Below, one piece after another: positions 18,727 through 26,755 of a stretch of 57,277 nucleotides of DNA (positions within the stretch are counted from its first letter, which is position 1; every line of letters starts with the position of its first letter). Where the stretch lies: positions 1 through 57,277 of the forward strand of contig CALWIX010000106.1 of the NCBI GenBank assembly GCA_944380825.1, read 5' to 3'. Both the position numbers and the translations under genes were made by a program. The DNA is from an uncultured Clostridia bacterium. GTDB lineage: Bacteria; Bacillota; Clostridia; Oscillospirales; Acutalibacteraceae. The notes under the pieces were generated by a model. It did no database searches. It was not told the origin of the DNA and worked only from the letters and a program-made list of their open reading frames with translations.

Positions 18727-19004
18727 AATACAAATTCCTCCCGTTTTATAGGAGCCGGCGTCCGGCTAGAGCTCTTCCCTAGCCGGAACGAGAGCCCCGC
18801 CGCCTTTAAAAATGGCGGTCAGTCCATCTAAAGCGTTCAGCTCCCCTCCGGCACACTGGGAGCGTCTCCCGCATAAAACCGGATGGGAGTGGGAACCTTA
18901 CACCGTTCCCTGACAATAGCAGGGCTGGAACCTCTGCTGGATACGGAACAAGATTCCGTATTAAAGGGTGCAGGATGACAAAACCTTTCTACCGCAGCCC
19001 TTTA
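18727..19004 (-). other. 278-nt GC-rich, hairpin-dense intercistronic spacer (candidate structured RNA element)
   Basis: At least six stem-loops are readable on the minus strand, for example TACGGAA-TCTTG-TTCCGTA, GGGAAC-GGTGTAAG-GTTCCC, CCGCC-ATTTTTAAA-GGCGG and CCGGCTAG-N9-CTAGCCGG. No RBS-preceded ORF. Other spacers in the window are AT-rich. Confidence 0.35.
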
Positions 19005-20378
19005 TTAACCAAGAAATACGTTCTGAGAACGGAGCGTTTCACGCAGCTGCTGGATGTCTACATCACGCGGAAGGACACCAGCTTTTGCACACAACGCTGC
19101 CGCTGTGCCGACCGCCTGCCCCTGGGCCATACAAGAGGCGGTATTACGGGTAGACATATGGGCACTCCAATCGCTGGTAATTAGACGTCCCGCTACCAGA
19201 AGGCCCTCCACGTCTTTTGGTAAGAAGGCACGATATGGAATGCCATAATACTTTGCATCTTTAATCATGATACGCGGTGCGCAATCATGGAAACCATAAA
19301 GCATCACTTCATCATCAAAGCGCTGCGCATTGACGATCTCATCGAGCGTCATATCGTGCTCGCACTCCACCACACGGGTGTAGCGCACACCTACTGCCAC
19401 CGGAGTCCAGCTGACATATGCTTTCTCAAATCCGGGCAGGTATTTTACCATTCTATCAGCAAGAGCCATCGCGCGGTGACGCAGAATAATCTCTGCCTGC
19501 GAAAGCGCTTCGGTACTCGTTGCATCTACACAGGAAAGGTTGACGCCATTGATGTATGTATAGCTGTTTTCATGCAGGGAAGCGCCGAGCGGTCCCCACA
19601 TCTGATTCTCTTCCATGAACTCCTTAAATTCGGGCATCTTCTTAAGCTCAAATCCAAGGCGGATTACATGGTCGGTTTCACTGCCTTTATCTCCACGGAT
19701 AATCTGGTTGACCATATCATGTTCTTCCAAAAACTTCACCAGACGCTCCATGTCCACATTTGTCATGCCAAACGGATAACCAACAGAGGTAGTATCATGC
19801 TTCTTGATGAAATGAGCGCCCGAAAACGCTGCCACATCGGCGTCACCCGTCGTATCAATAACAGCCTTCGCGCTGATGGCCTCGCGGCCCGACTTACCCT
19901 CGATGATCAGCCCTTTGACAGTGTTTCCTTCTTTCATGACGCCAACAACCATTGTATGCAGTAAAATCTTGACGCCCGCTTCCTCCATCATCTCAAAGAT
20001 AACTTCTTTGAAAGCCTCCCAATCGATAAGGGTGATGACGGAATCATAGTTGCCGCCCTTTTCCTGTTCCAAATGTCCGGGAGAAGCACCGCGTTCTTGC
20101 ATACGGTGCACGATCTCATCCGGAATACCACGGATAACCTGCACTTTTTCCGCACCCGGGAACGCTTTATACAAATTGAAGAAACTGTGCAGCGGTCCCG
20201 CGCCGTTGATCATAGAGCCGCCAAGGAACCCATAACGATCAATCAAAATCGTTTTTGCACCGTTGCGTGCAGCAGCCAAAGCCGCCACAACACCGGCCGT
20301 GCCTCCTCCGGCGACAGCGACGTCGTATTCATAATTGATAGGAGTCTGAAGAGATTCGGTAATAAACTGAGTGCTCAT
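19005..20378 (-). CDS. FAD-dependent oxidoreductase (FAD_oxidored-type), paralogue B
   Basis: YDVAVAGGGTAGVVAALAAARNGAKTILID. C-terminal AHMSTRNTASCMAQGQAVGTAAALCAK. Alignable end to end with paralogue A. Ends in tandem TAA TAA stops. Confidence 0.85.
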   Translation of the reverse strand: MSTQFITESLQTPINYEYDVAVAGGGTAGVVAALAAARNGAKTILIDRYGFLGGSMINGAGPLHSFFNLYKAFPGAEKVQVIRGIPDEIVHRMQERGASPGHLEQEKGGNYDSVITLIDWEAFKEVIFEMMEEAGVKILLHTMVVGVMKEGNTVKGLIIEGKSGREAISAKAVIDTTGDADVAAFSGAHFIKKHDTTSVGYPFGMTNVDMERLVKFLEEHDMVNQIIRGDKGSETDHVIRLGFELKKMPEFKEFMEENQMWGPLGASLHENSYTYINGVNLSCVDATSTEALSQAEIILRHRAMALADRMVKYLPGFEKAYVSWTPVAVGVRYTRVVECEHDMTLDEIVNAQRFDDEVMLYGFHDCAPRIMIKDAKYYGIPYRAFLPKDVEGLLVAGRLITSDWSAHMSTRNTASCMAQGQAVGTAAALCAKAGVLPRDVDIQQLRETLRSQNVFLG

Positions 20379-20396
20379 GAGACGATTTCCTTTCTT

Positions 20397-22958
20397 TTAC
20401 TTTACAGTGATAACATGATAGGGATACGGATAAACCGAATGGTAAACACCCGGGAACATTCCACATGTACCAGACTTATCCTGTACCGTTACATACACCA
20501 TCAGATCCCAATCGGAAGTGATGTACTCTGCCGGAACAGATGCGCAGTAAGCCGTTCCATTCCATTGCATCGGAATCGTATGGAATAACCCTTCTGTTTG
20601 ATTCACATGACGGTAATGAAGTACCGGCACCGTTTCGGATTCTTGAATTCCCTGAAGGTACGCTGTAACGACAAGCTCTTTTCCCGCTTGTACGCAATCG
20701 GGAAGATCCGCTGTAACGACAGAAGCCTCCTCGGGCTCATATTCTGCATAAAGTTTTTCTGCACGAGTGACACCGTTTTCTGACAGCAATGCGCTCAGTG
20801 TCTTCTCGTCCGCCTCCAACTCACAGGTACGATCCGCCCATGTGCCGCGTCTTGTCTTCGATCCGGCAGAACTGAAATCGAGATCTTTATAATACTTTTC
20901 AAGGCCAAGGGACGACAGAGCGTTCCACTGTCCCACCGCTTCGTCCAGAAGCAGTGCGCAGTCGGAGAGCCATTTTCCATCCTTCGTGAGATCCCATTTG
21001 GCCAAAGCAAGTGCTGCACGCATTTTATAGGCGTGGTAGCGAGCCATATAGACTAGCATCGTCAAATCCGTGCACATCGCAAGATATTCCGGAGACTTCG
21101 GATCGGAGACGTCCGCAGCGCTGTTCTTCAGGCCGTTTTCCGTCTCATCCGCGAGATCTAAAAGCCAGCGCGAGGTTTGCAGCGGAGAATATTTGCCGGC
21201 AAATTCCTGCTTTGCGCCGTCTTTGGCGTACTCATCAATTCCATAGAACAGCCCCTGATCGCTCGGTTCAGTAGAACCATAAGTAACACGCTTGAAAAGA
21301 TCATAGTCTTGTGGTTTATCGAGGTTATTTTCAAAGAAAAGCGCCCATCCGGTACTGAGCTCCGTCCAATAACGCAGGGACGGATGCACAGGCATATGGA
21401 TGGTTGTAATCAGCGGAATGATTCGGCTAGCCACAGAGAGCGTCTTCTCTAAAGCAGGACCAGCTTTGCCAAAACGGGCGGCAAACTCGCTCTGCCAAAT
21501 CTCCGGGTCTGCCTTGCGGTTGTATCCGAGTCTACCGAACACTATGTACCACATCCAGAAGCGTTCATCTTCCCATTTTCCACTGCGCAGGGCCGGATCT
21601 GCAAAAGTATCCCAGTGTTCCTTATGAGAAAGCTCATGGCCATATTTCAAAGAAAGCGGCGCATTTACTTCGTAGCCTGTGGAATCAGAAAGTCCACAGC
21701 TTTCTCCGAAACGGCGTGCATAATCCGCATCGCCCCACAAGAACAGGTTTGTAGAACCGTAATTCCACAAACGGTAAAATACATCAAAATATTTCGGTTT
21801 GCGCAGCATATCCGCATAGGAATAACGGCGCGAATGGTTGAAGTTATCGAGCTGGGCAATTTCTTCGCTGCGCATAACGGAAAGGTGATACGGAAGGGCA
21901 GCGTGTTCGCACCAATATTTGGTGGGAACCTCTACCTGCAGACCCTTTGAGAACGCATGCACAATCATCGAATCGGTTAAGCCCTTGGCTCGTAGATCCA
22001 AAATAAGAGGACGACCCGTTTCCTGTGCGACCTCGGCCACGGCATCAGTGCAGGAATTCCAGAAATCTTCTGCGGAAACCTGTGTTCCTACGCCGGATTC
22101 ATGGTTGACACGGAACTGTACGATATCGATCTCCGGAACAGCTTTCACCAATGCCTTTAATCCTGCATGACAATAGTCACTCAGCTCTTTTTCGCCATCC
22201 GGCAATCCCTCTACAAGGCGATCCTGCGCGGTTGTCCATGGGCGCTGCTGCCACGTTGCAAACGTAAAGAGAATACCACGATCGTGGCACATTTGCCCGA
22301 TGTGGCGCAAAGCGGCGAGGTTCTCGGCACACTGCTGCGGTGTAAGCTTAGAAGACTTTACCTGCTCATATCCCTCTACTGTAAGGAAGAACGGATACGG
22401 CGGGGCCATATAGGCCGTGTCGAAGCCTACAATCAGACAGAAACGGTTAAAGCGGTTATACGCCAGTCTTTCCAGATAATACTCCCAAAATTCTTCCGAA
22501 AGAAACCACTCGTTATCAAGGTGGCCTAGAAGATACCGATCCATGCAGCGGACACGGTTATCGGGCTTTTCCGTATAGCTCTCTAGATTTTGTAAAGCAC
22601 TCAGACCATCTCTGCGTACTTTTCTAGCTACATCCAGAAGCAGATACATTAAACCTGTATCGTCCGAACCGGCCAATACTAACACTTTTCCCTTCTGCGT
22701 TTCACACCACTGGCAGAAAATGCTCTCGGGACCTGTATGATAGTCAACATCATTATCTTCTAATAAAACCTGTATTCTACGATCCCCGCTTGTGCCTACT
22801 GCAACTGCAAAGGGATCCATATTTTCCAGTGCTGCCCAATGGGGTGTTTCACAAAACTTACCCCCACAGGCATTCACTGCCTTTTCCAACTCCTTTTTGC
22901 CATACAGCGCGCTGTTTTTTACATCAAACCAGCTTACTGCAAACGTTACATTTTCCAT
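20397..22958 (-). CDS. large uncharacterised cytoplasmic protein, putative carbohydrate-active enzyme (853 aa)
   Basis: Uninterrupted 853-codon frame 18 nt upstream of FAD paralogue B. No signal peptide or TM segment. Trp/Tyr-rich. No catalytic signature of a family I can name. Confidence 0.8.
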   Translation of the reverse strand: MENVTFAVSWFDVKNSALYGKKELEKAVNACGGKFCETPHWAALENMDPFAVAVGTSGDRRIQVLLEDNDVDYHTGPESIFCQWCETQKGKVLVLAGSDDTGLMYLLLDVARKVRRDGLSALQNLESYTEKPDNRVRCMDRYLLGHLDNEWFLSEEFWEYYLERLAYNRFNRFCLIVGFDTAYMAPPYPFFLTVEGYEQVKSSKLTPQQCAENLAALRHIGQMCHDRGILFTFATWQQRPWTTAQDRLVEGLPDGEKELSDYCHAGLKALVKAVPEIDIVQFRVNHESGVGTQVSAEDFWNSCTDAVAEVAQETGRPLILDLRAKGLTDSMIVHAFSKGLQVEVPTKYWCEHAALPYHLSVMRSEEIAQLDNFNHSRRYSYADMLRKPKYFDVFYRLWNYGSTNLFLWGDADYARRFGESCGLSDSTGYEVNAPLSLKYGHELSHKEHWDTFADPALRSGKWEDERFWMWYIVFGRLGYNRKADPEIWQSEFAARFGKAGPALEKTLSVASRIIPLITTIHMPVHPSLRYWTELSTGWALFFENNLDKPQDYDLFKRVTYGSTEPSDQGLFYGIDEYAKDGAKQEFAGKYSPLQTSRWLLDLADETENGLKNSAADVSDPKSPEYLAMCTDLTMLVYMARYHAYKMRAALALAKWDLTKDGKWLSDCALLLDEAVGQWNALSSLGLEKYYKDLDFSSAGSKTRRGTWADRTCELEADEKTLSALLSENGVTRAEKLYAEYEPEEASVVTADLPDCVQAGKELVVTAYLQGIQESETVPVLHYRHVNQTEGLFHTIPMQWNGTAYCASVPAEYITSDWDLMVYVTVQDKSGTCGMFPGVYHSVYPYPYHVITVK

Positions 22959-23122
22959 TCACAATTCCTCCCACAAAGCGGCAAAGCAGATACTTTTTCT
23001 AAAAAGCATCCAGATGCTCTGCCATTAGAACGCGTAGGCTTTCCAATAAACCTATGCAATTACACTCTTGTCACTAGGCGGCCTGCGGACCGCAGCTGCG
23101 CATTACACGCAGGCCAGCCTTA

Positions 23123-23968
23123 TTACTCTTTCATGCCGGAGGTAGCAATACCTGCAACAAACTGCTTCTGGAACGCAAGGAACACGATAAAAATCGGGAT
23201 CAAAGAACATACGGAAGCTGCCATGATGGCGCCATAGCTGGTCGAGTTTTCATCTTTAAAGTAGTTCAGTCCGAGAGGAATAGTCGCCAGTTCCATGCTA
23301 CGCAAATATACCAGAGGACCTTCGTACTCGTTCCACGATCCAACAAACTGGAAGATAATCAGTGCACTGAACGCCGAAATAGAAAGCGGCACCACAATGC
23401 GAGAGAAGATAACAAAATGGTTTGCACCATCAATTTTTGCGGATTCACTAAGTTCTTCCGGAATGGTCTCAAAGAACTGTTTGAGCATAAAGGTACCAAA
23501 CGCCGTAAACATACCGGGAAGAATCAGAGCCCAGTGTGTGTTGTAAAGACCCATCTGAGAGAACAACACAAAGCGCGGAATCAGCATCATCTGGTTTGGA
23601 AAGACAAGTGTAGAAAGGTATGTCAAAAAGATGATATTAGAACCTCTAAACTTAATTTTTGCAAACGCATAGCCTGCCAGCGCACTTGTGAATACTTCAC
23701 CTAGCACCGAAATAACCGTAATCTTTATGGAATTGAGGAAAAAGGTAGTAAACGGAATGTCAGAATTCCAAACACGGTCGTAATTCGCAAAGGTGATTTC
23801 CCGCGGAATCCATTCGATAGGGAAATTAAAGATTTGGTTATCCGGCTTGAAGGAAGCGGAAAGCATCCACGCAAAGGGCATGAGCATAATAATGGAAACG
23901 ATCGCCATGATAATGGTGGCGACAATTTTAAAAATAAGCTTTCTTCGTGAATATCCCATCCTGCGCAC
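23123..23968 (-). CDS. carbohydrate ABC transporter permease (MalG-like)
   Basis: Six hydrophobic segments and EAA loop LSESAKIDGANHFVIFSRIVVPLS. Confidence 0.9.
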   Translation of the reverse strand: MRRMGYSRRKLIFKIVATIIMAIVSIIMLMPFAWMLSASFKPDNQIFNFPIEWIPREITFANYDRVWNSDIPFTTFFLNSIKITVISVLGEVFTSALAGYAFAKIKFRGSNIIFLTYLSTLVFPNQMMLIPRFVLFSQMGLYNTHWALILPGMFTAFGTFMLKQFFETIPEELSESAKIDGANHFVIFSRIVVPLSISAFSALIIFQFVGSWNEYEGPLVYLRSMELATIPLGLNYFKDENSTSYGAIMAASVCSLIPIFIVFLAFQKQFVAGIATSGMKE

Positions 23969-23971
23969 CTC

Positions 23972-24880
23972 CTACTTATTTTTCCGCTCGTAAATCATCC
24001 GGGCTGCCGCAAAGATAAAGACCAAAACAAACAGCACCCAAGACATAGCGCTCGCATAACCTATATCGCTGTGCTTAAACGCCGTGGTGTATATGTAGTA
24101 CACCAGAACCGAGGAAGAGTTGCCCGGCCCGCCGGAGGTCATAACCTGTACAGGCGTGAATACCTGGAAGGAGCGGATAATTGAAATCATTGTCAAGAAG
24201 AACATCGTGCTGGAAAGAGACGGGATTGTAATGTAAAAGAATTTTTGCACGGCGTTGGCGCCATCGATTTCAGCAGATTCATACAGAGATTTAGAAATGC
24301 CCTGCAAACCAGCGAGCACGATAATAATATTATAACCAATGCTCTGCCATACGCCGACGATGATAATGGAAAGCAGCGATGTATCGCTGCCGTTGAGCCA
24401 ACGGGGCGGATTTTCGATGCCAATGCTCTGGAGAACCTGATTGATAGGACCATAGCTCGGCAGGAAGAGAACCATCCACACAATAGAAACTGCCACCATG
24501 GAGGATACGTTCGGCAGATAGTACGCTAACCGCAGGATGCCCTTTCCATAAACGTTATCATTGAGGATAACCGCAAAAACAAGAGCGATAAAAATAGAAA
24601 CAGGCACCAGAACGATTGCATAAATAATTGTATTAATTAGAGAATCTACGAAAATAGGATCCTTGGGGAGAGCTAGATAGTTGTCTATTCCGGCAAACTT
24701 AATATTCTCAACACCGGAAATAAAGTTCCAATCCGCAAAACTCAGAATGAGCGCGAGAATAAGAGGAATCAGCTTGAACGCTACGTACCCAATGAAGTTT
24801 AGGGAAATGAACGCATAGCCCGCCAAATTTTCACGCCTCTGAAGCGCGGAAGTTTTCCTTTTTTTCGTTACAGCGGCCAC
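23972..24880 (-). CDS. carbohydrate ABC transporter permease (MalF-like)
   Basis: EAA loop LYESAEIDGANAVQKFFYITIPSLS. GTG start at 24880. 3-nt gap to the next permease. Confidence 0.9.
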   Translation of the reverse strand: MAAVTKKRKTSALQRRENLAGYAFISLNFIGYVAFKLIPLILALILSFADWNFISGVENIKFAGIDNYLALPKDPIFVDSLINTIIYAIVLVPVSIFIALVFAVILNDNVYGKGILRLAYYLPNVSSMVAVSIVWMVLFLPSYGPINQVLQSIGIENPPRWLNGSDTSLLSIIIVGVWQSIGYNIIIVLAGLQGISKSLYESAEIDGANAVQKFFYITIPSLSSTMFFLTMISIIRSFQVFTPVQVMTSGGPGNSSSVLVYYIYTTAFKHSDIGYASAMSWVLFVLVFIFAAARMIYERKNK

Positions 24881-24908
24881 AAAATCACATCCAATCCATA
24901 AATAAGAC

Positions 24909-24943
24909 GGCCCGCCAAATAGTGCAACCGTATTCGGCGGGCC
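24909..24943 (-). terminator. intra-operon hairpin/partial terminator after the binding-protein gene
   Basis: Minus strand reads GGCCCGCCGAATA-N9-TATTTGGCGGGCC followed by GTCTTATTTAT. Confidence 0.5.
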
Positions 24944-24991
24944 TTAAACCTTTAACTTATTTCTTATTCAGAAACACACTGACAAATCGGC

Positions 24992-26437
24992 TTAGCCTGC
25001 CATGTCTTCCTGAATGTACTGATCGCCCTTCGTCTTAAGATCTGCAAGAGCTTCGTCTACACTCATTTCGCCATTGAACACGAGAGCCATATCAGCCTGG
25101 ATCAGATCGTTGATTTTTACCTGACCTTCCTTATGGGTATTATCCTTGGTAATGAGGGTGCGCGGCTGCTCCATAACAGCGATCGCATCGTCCGCATTGA
25201 GTCCCGGATGACCATCAAAGATAATTTCGTTCATCGCATGAGTAGATTCTTCATCCTCAAACTGAACGCCGGGGTGCATCGCCTTCGGGCCAGCAAAGTA
25301 TTCCGGATGCTCGATGCAGATGAACTTCAGCAGTGCCCAAGAAGCATCGGGGTTCGGAGCGTTGGCCGGGATACTAGCAGTAGAAGTATAGGTGATAGAG
25401 CTGTTCTCTGTTGCGCCAACAGGACGCGGCAGGTTGGCCATGCCAATATTGGTGCCTTCCGGAACTTCACCGTAGCTCTCGTTGAGATACAGGCAAGCAT
25501 AAACCGGCGCTACAAACATCGCATACTTGTTGTTGTACAGACCGATCATACCGTTCGTGTCGTTGTTGTACTTCAGAGTGGTGTACTCAGAAATCGGAAC
25601 GACGGACTGGTCAACCATAGCGAGATCATAGAAGAACTGCAGACTCTCCTTATACTCGGGAGCGTCAAAGCGAGTAGCTGTAAAATCGGGGGTATAGTAC
25701 GAAAATGCACCCAACTTCTGCTGTGCAATCAGCTGCCAGTACTGATCGCCGCCGCCGCCTTCGCTCGGTCCGCCGTAGTCAAGCATCGCACCGTAAATCT
25801 TGTTCGCGCCTTCACCAGAGGTCATCTGCTTCGCGATATCACGGAAATCATCCCAAGTCCAATCATCTGCCGGATAATCAACGCCAGCCTCGTCAAACAT
25901 ATTCTTGTTGTACCAAACCATGTTGATGTTGGTGCAGTACGGAACGGCATAGTAATCGCCGTCAAAGTTATATGCCTGCTCCATCGAATCACTGAAGAGT
26001 GTAGCATAGTCCATACCTTCAGCATCCAGATACTGTTTGAGGCCCAGATAGGTACCGCTGTCAGCACGCGTACGAACGTCAATAGCGCTCGCTTGTGTCA
26101 TAACATCAATCTGCTCGCCGGAAGCAAGAGCCGTGTTGATCGTCATGGTAGCTGCGTCATTGAGCTTCTGATATACCAGATTGTACTGACCCTCATACTG
26201 CTCATTAAATGCATCCACTAATTCGACAACGTTATCGGGGTTTGTCCAAGCATAGAAATACACATTGTACTCTTCGCCAGATTCATTACCCGTTGCGGAA
26301 GAACCTGCATCACTGGTAGAACTTCCACCATCAGAGCTTGCGCCGGAAGACGTTTGGCCACTGCTGCATCCAGTCGCGGCTGCGGATACCATTAAAGCCG
26401 CCATCAGGACTGCTGCAATTTTCCTGAACTTTTTCAT
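24992..26437 (-). CDS. ABC transporter extracellular sugar-binding lipoprotein
   Basis: Signal peptide plus lipobox MKKFRKIAAVLMAALMVSAAATGCSS, followed by a Ser/Gly/Asp-rich linker. 481 aa. RBS GGGAGG. Confidence 0.9.
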   Translation of the reverse strand: MKKFRKIAAVLMAALMVSAAATGCSSGQTSSGASSDGGSSTSDAGSSATGNESGEEYNVYFYAWTNPDNVVELVDAFNEQYEGQYNLVYQKLNDAATMTINTALASGEQIDVMTQASAIDVRTRADSGTYLGLKQYLDAEGMDYATLFSDSMEQAYNFDGDYYAVPYCTNINMVWYNKNMFDEAGVDYPADDWTWDDFRDIAKQMTSGEGANKIYGAMLDYGGPSEGGGGDQYWQLIAQQKLGAFSYYTPDFTATRFDAPEYKESLQFFYDLAMVDQSVVPISEYTTLKYNNDTNGMIGLYNNKYAMFVAPVYACLYLNESYGEVPEGTNIGMANLPRPVGATENSSITYTSTASIPANAPNPDASWALLKFICIEHPEYFAGPKAMHPGVQFEDEESTHAMNEIIFDGHPGLNADDAIAVMEQPRTLITKDNTHKEGQVKINDLIQADMALVFNGEMSVDEALADLKTKGDQYIQEDMAG

Positions 26438-26755
26438 GTAAGAAACCTCCCTTAGTAAAAATATAAATACTTTTTTTGAAACGGCTGTTTGTTTCTCCAG
26501 AAAAACTAATCAGCCTTTTCGACCATCATTATTCACGCTTTTTACTTAAAAAACGTATTTCGCGGACAAACAACAAACCCTAAACCGACCTTCAAAGACT
26601 GTCTGCCTAACAACCATACGTCCAAGCGTTTTTAAAACCTTTTTCATGCGCCGGCGCACGCCTGCCGCAAGAAATATCTATACGGTATAACTCAAAACTC
26701 CCCAAAGTAAGCAGACATCCTATCACGTCTGCCGTGTGCAGCCTGAAACTATTTC

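Noticed and set aside
18837-19001. A 54-codon stop-free frame continues in phase after the tandem TAA TAA stops of FAD paralogue B.
   Set aside because: It has no ATG/GTG/TTG start with an RBS, and two consecutive stops make read-through implausible. It is more likely chance or a relic than a gene, and is mentioned in the spacer finding as an alternative explanation for the GC content.
18727-19004. Possible known riboswitch. The minus strand has a cobalamin-like GGGAAC-GGTG-TAAGGTTCC segment, and the plus strand has an FMN-like CCGGATGGGAG.
   Set aside because: The rest of either consensus is missing (B12 box/GCCACTG-type core; the paired GGTGAAATTCC arms of the RFN element). The FMN-like string is on the non-transcribed strand. 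I also found no match to TPP, SAM, glycine, lysine, c-di-GMP, ZTP, ykkC, glmS or T-box signatures. It is kept only as an unclassified structured spacer.
26478-26495. Possible CcpA cre site (tTGAAACGGCTGTTT) upstream of the sugar-binding-protein gene.
   Set aside because: It has two mismatches at invariant positions of the WTGNAANCGNWNNCW consensus (the central CG and the distal C). It is retained only as a generic inverted repeat.
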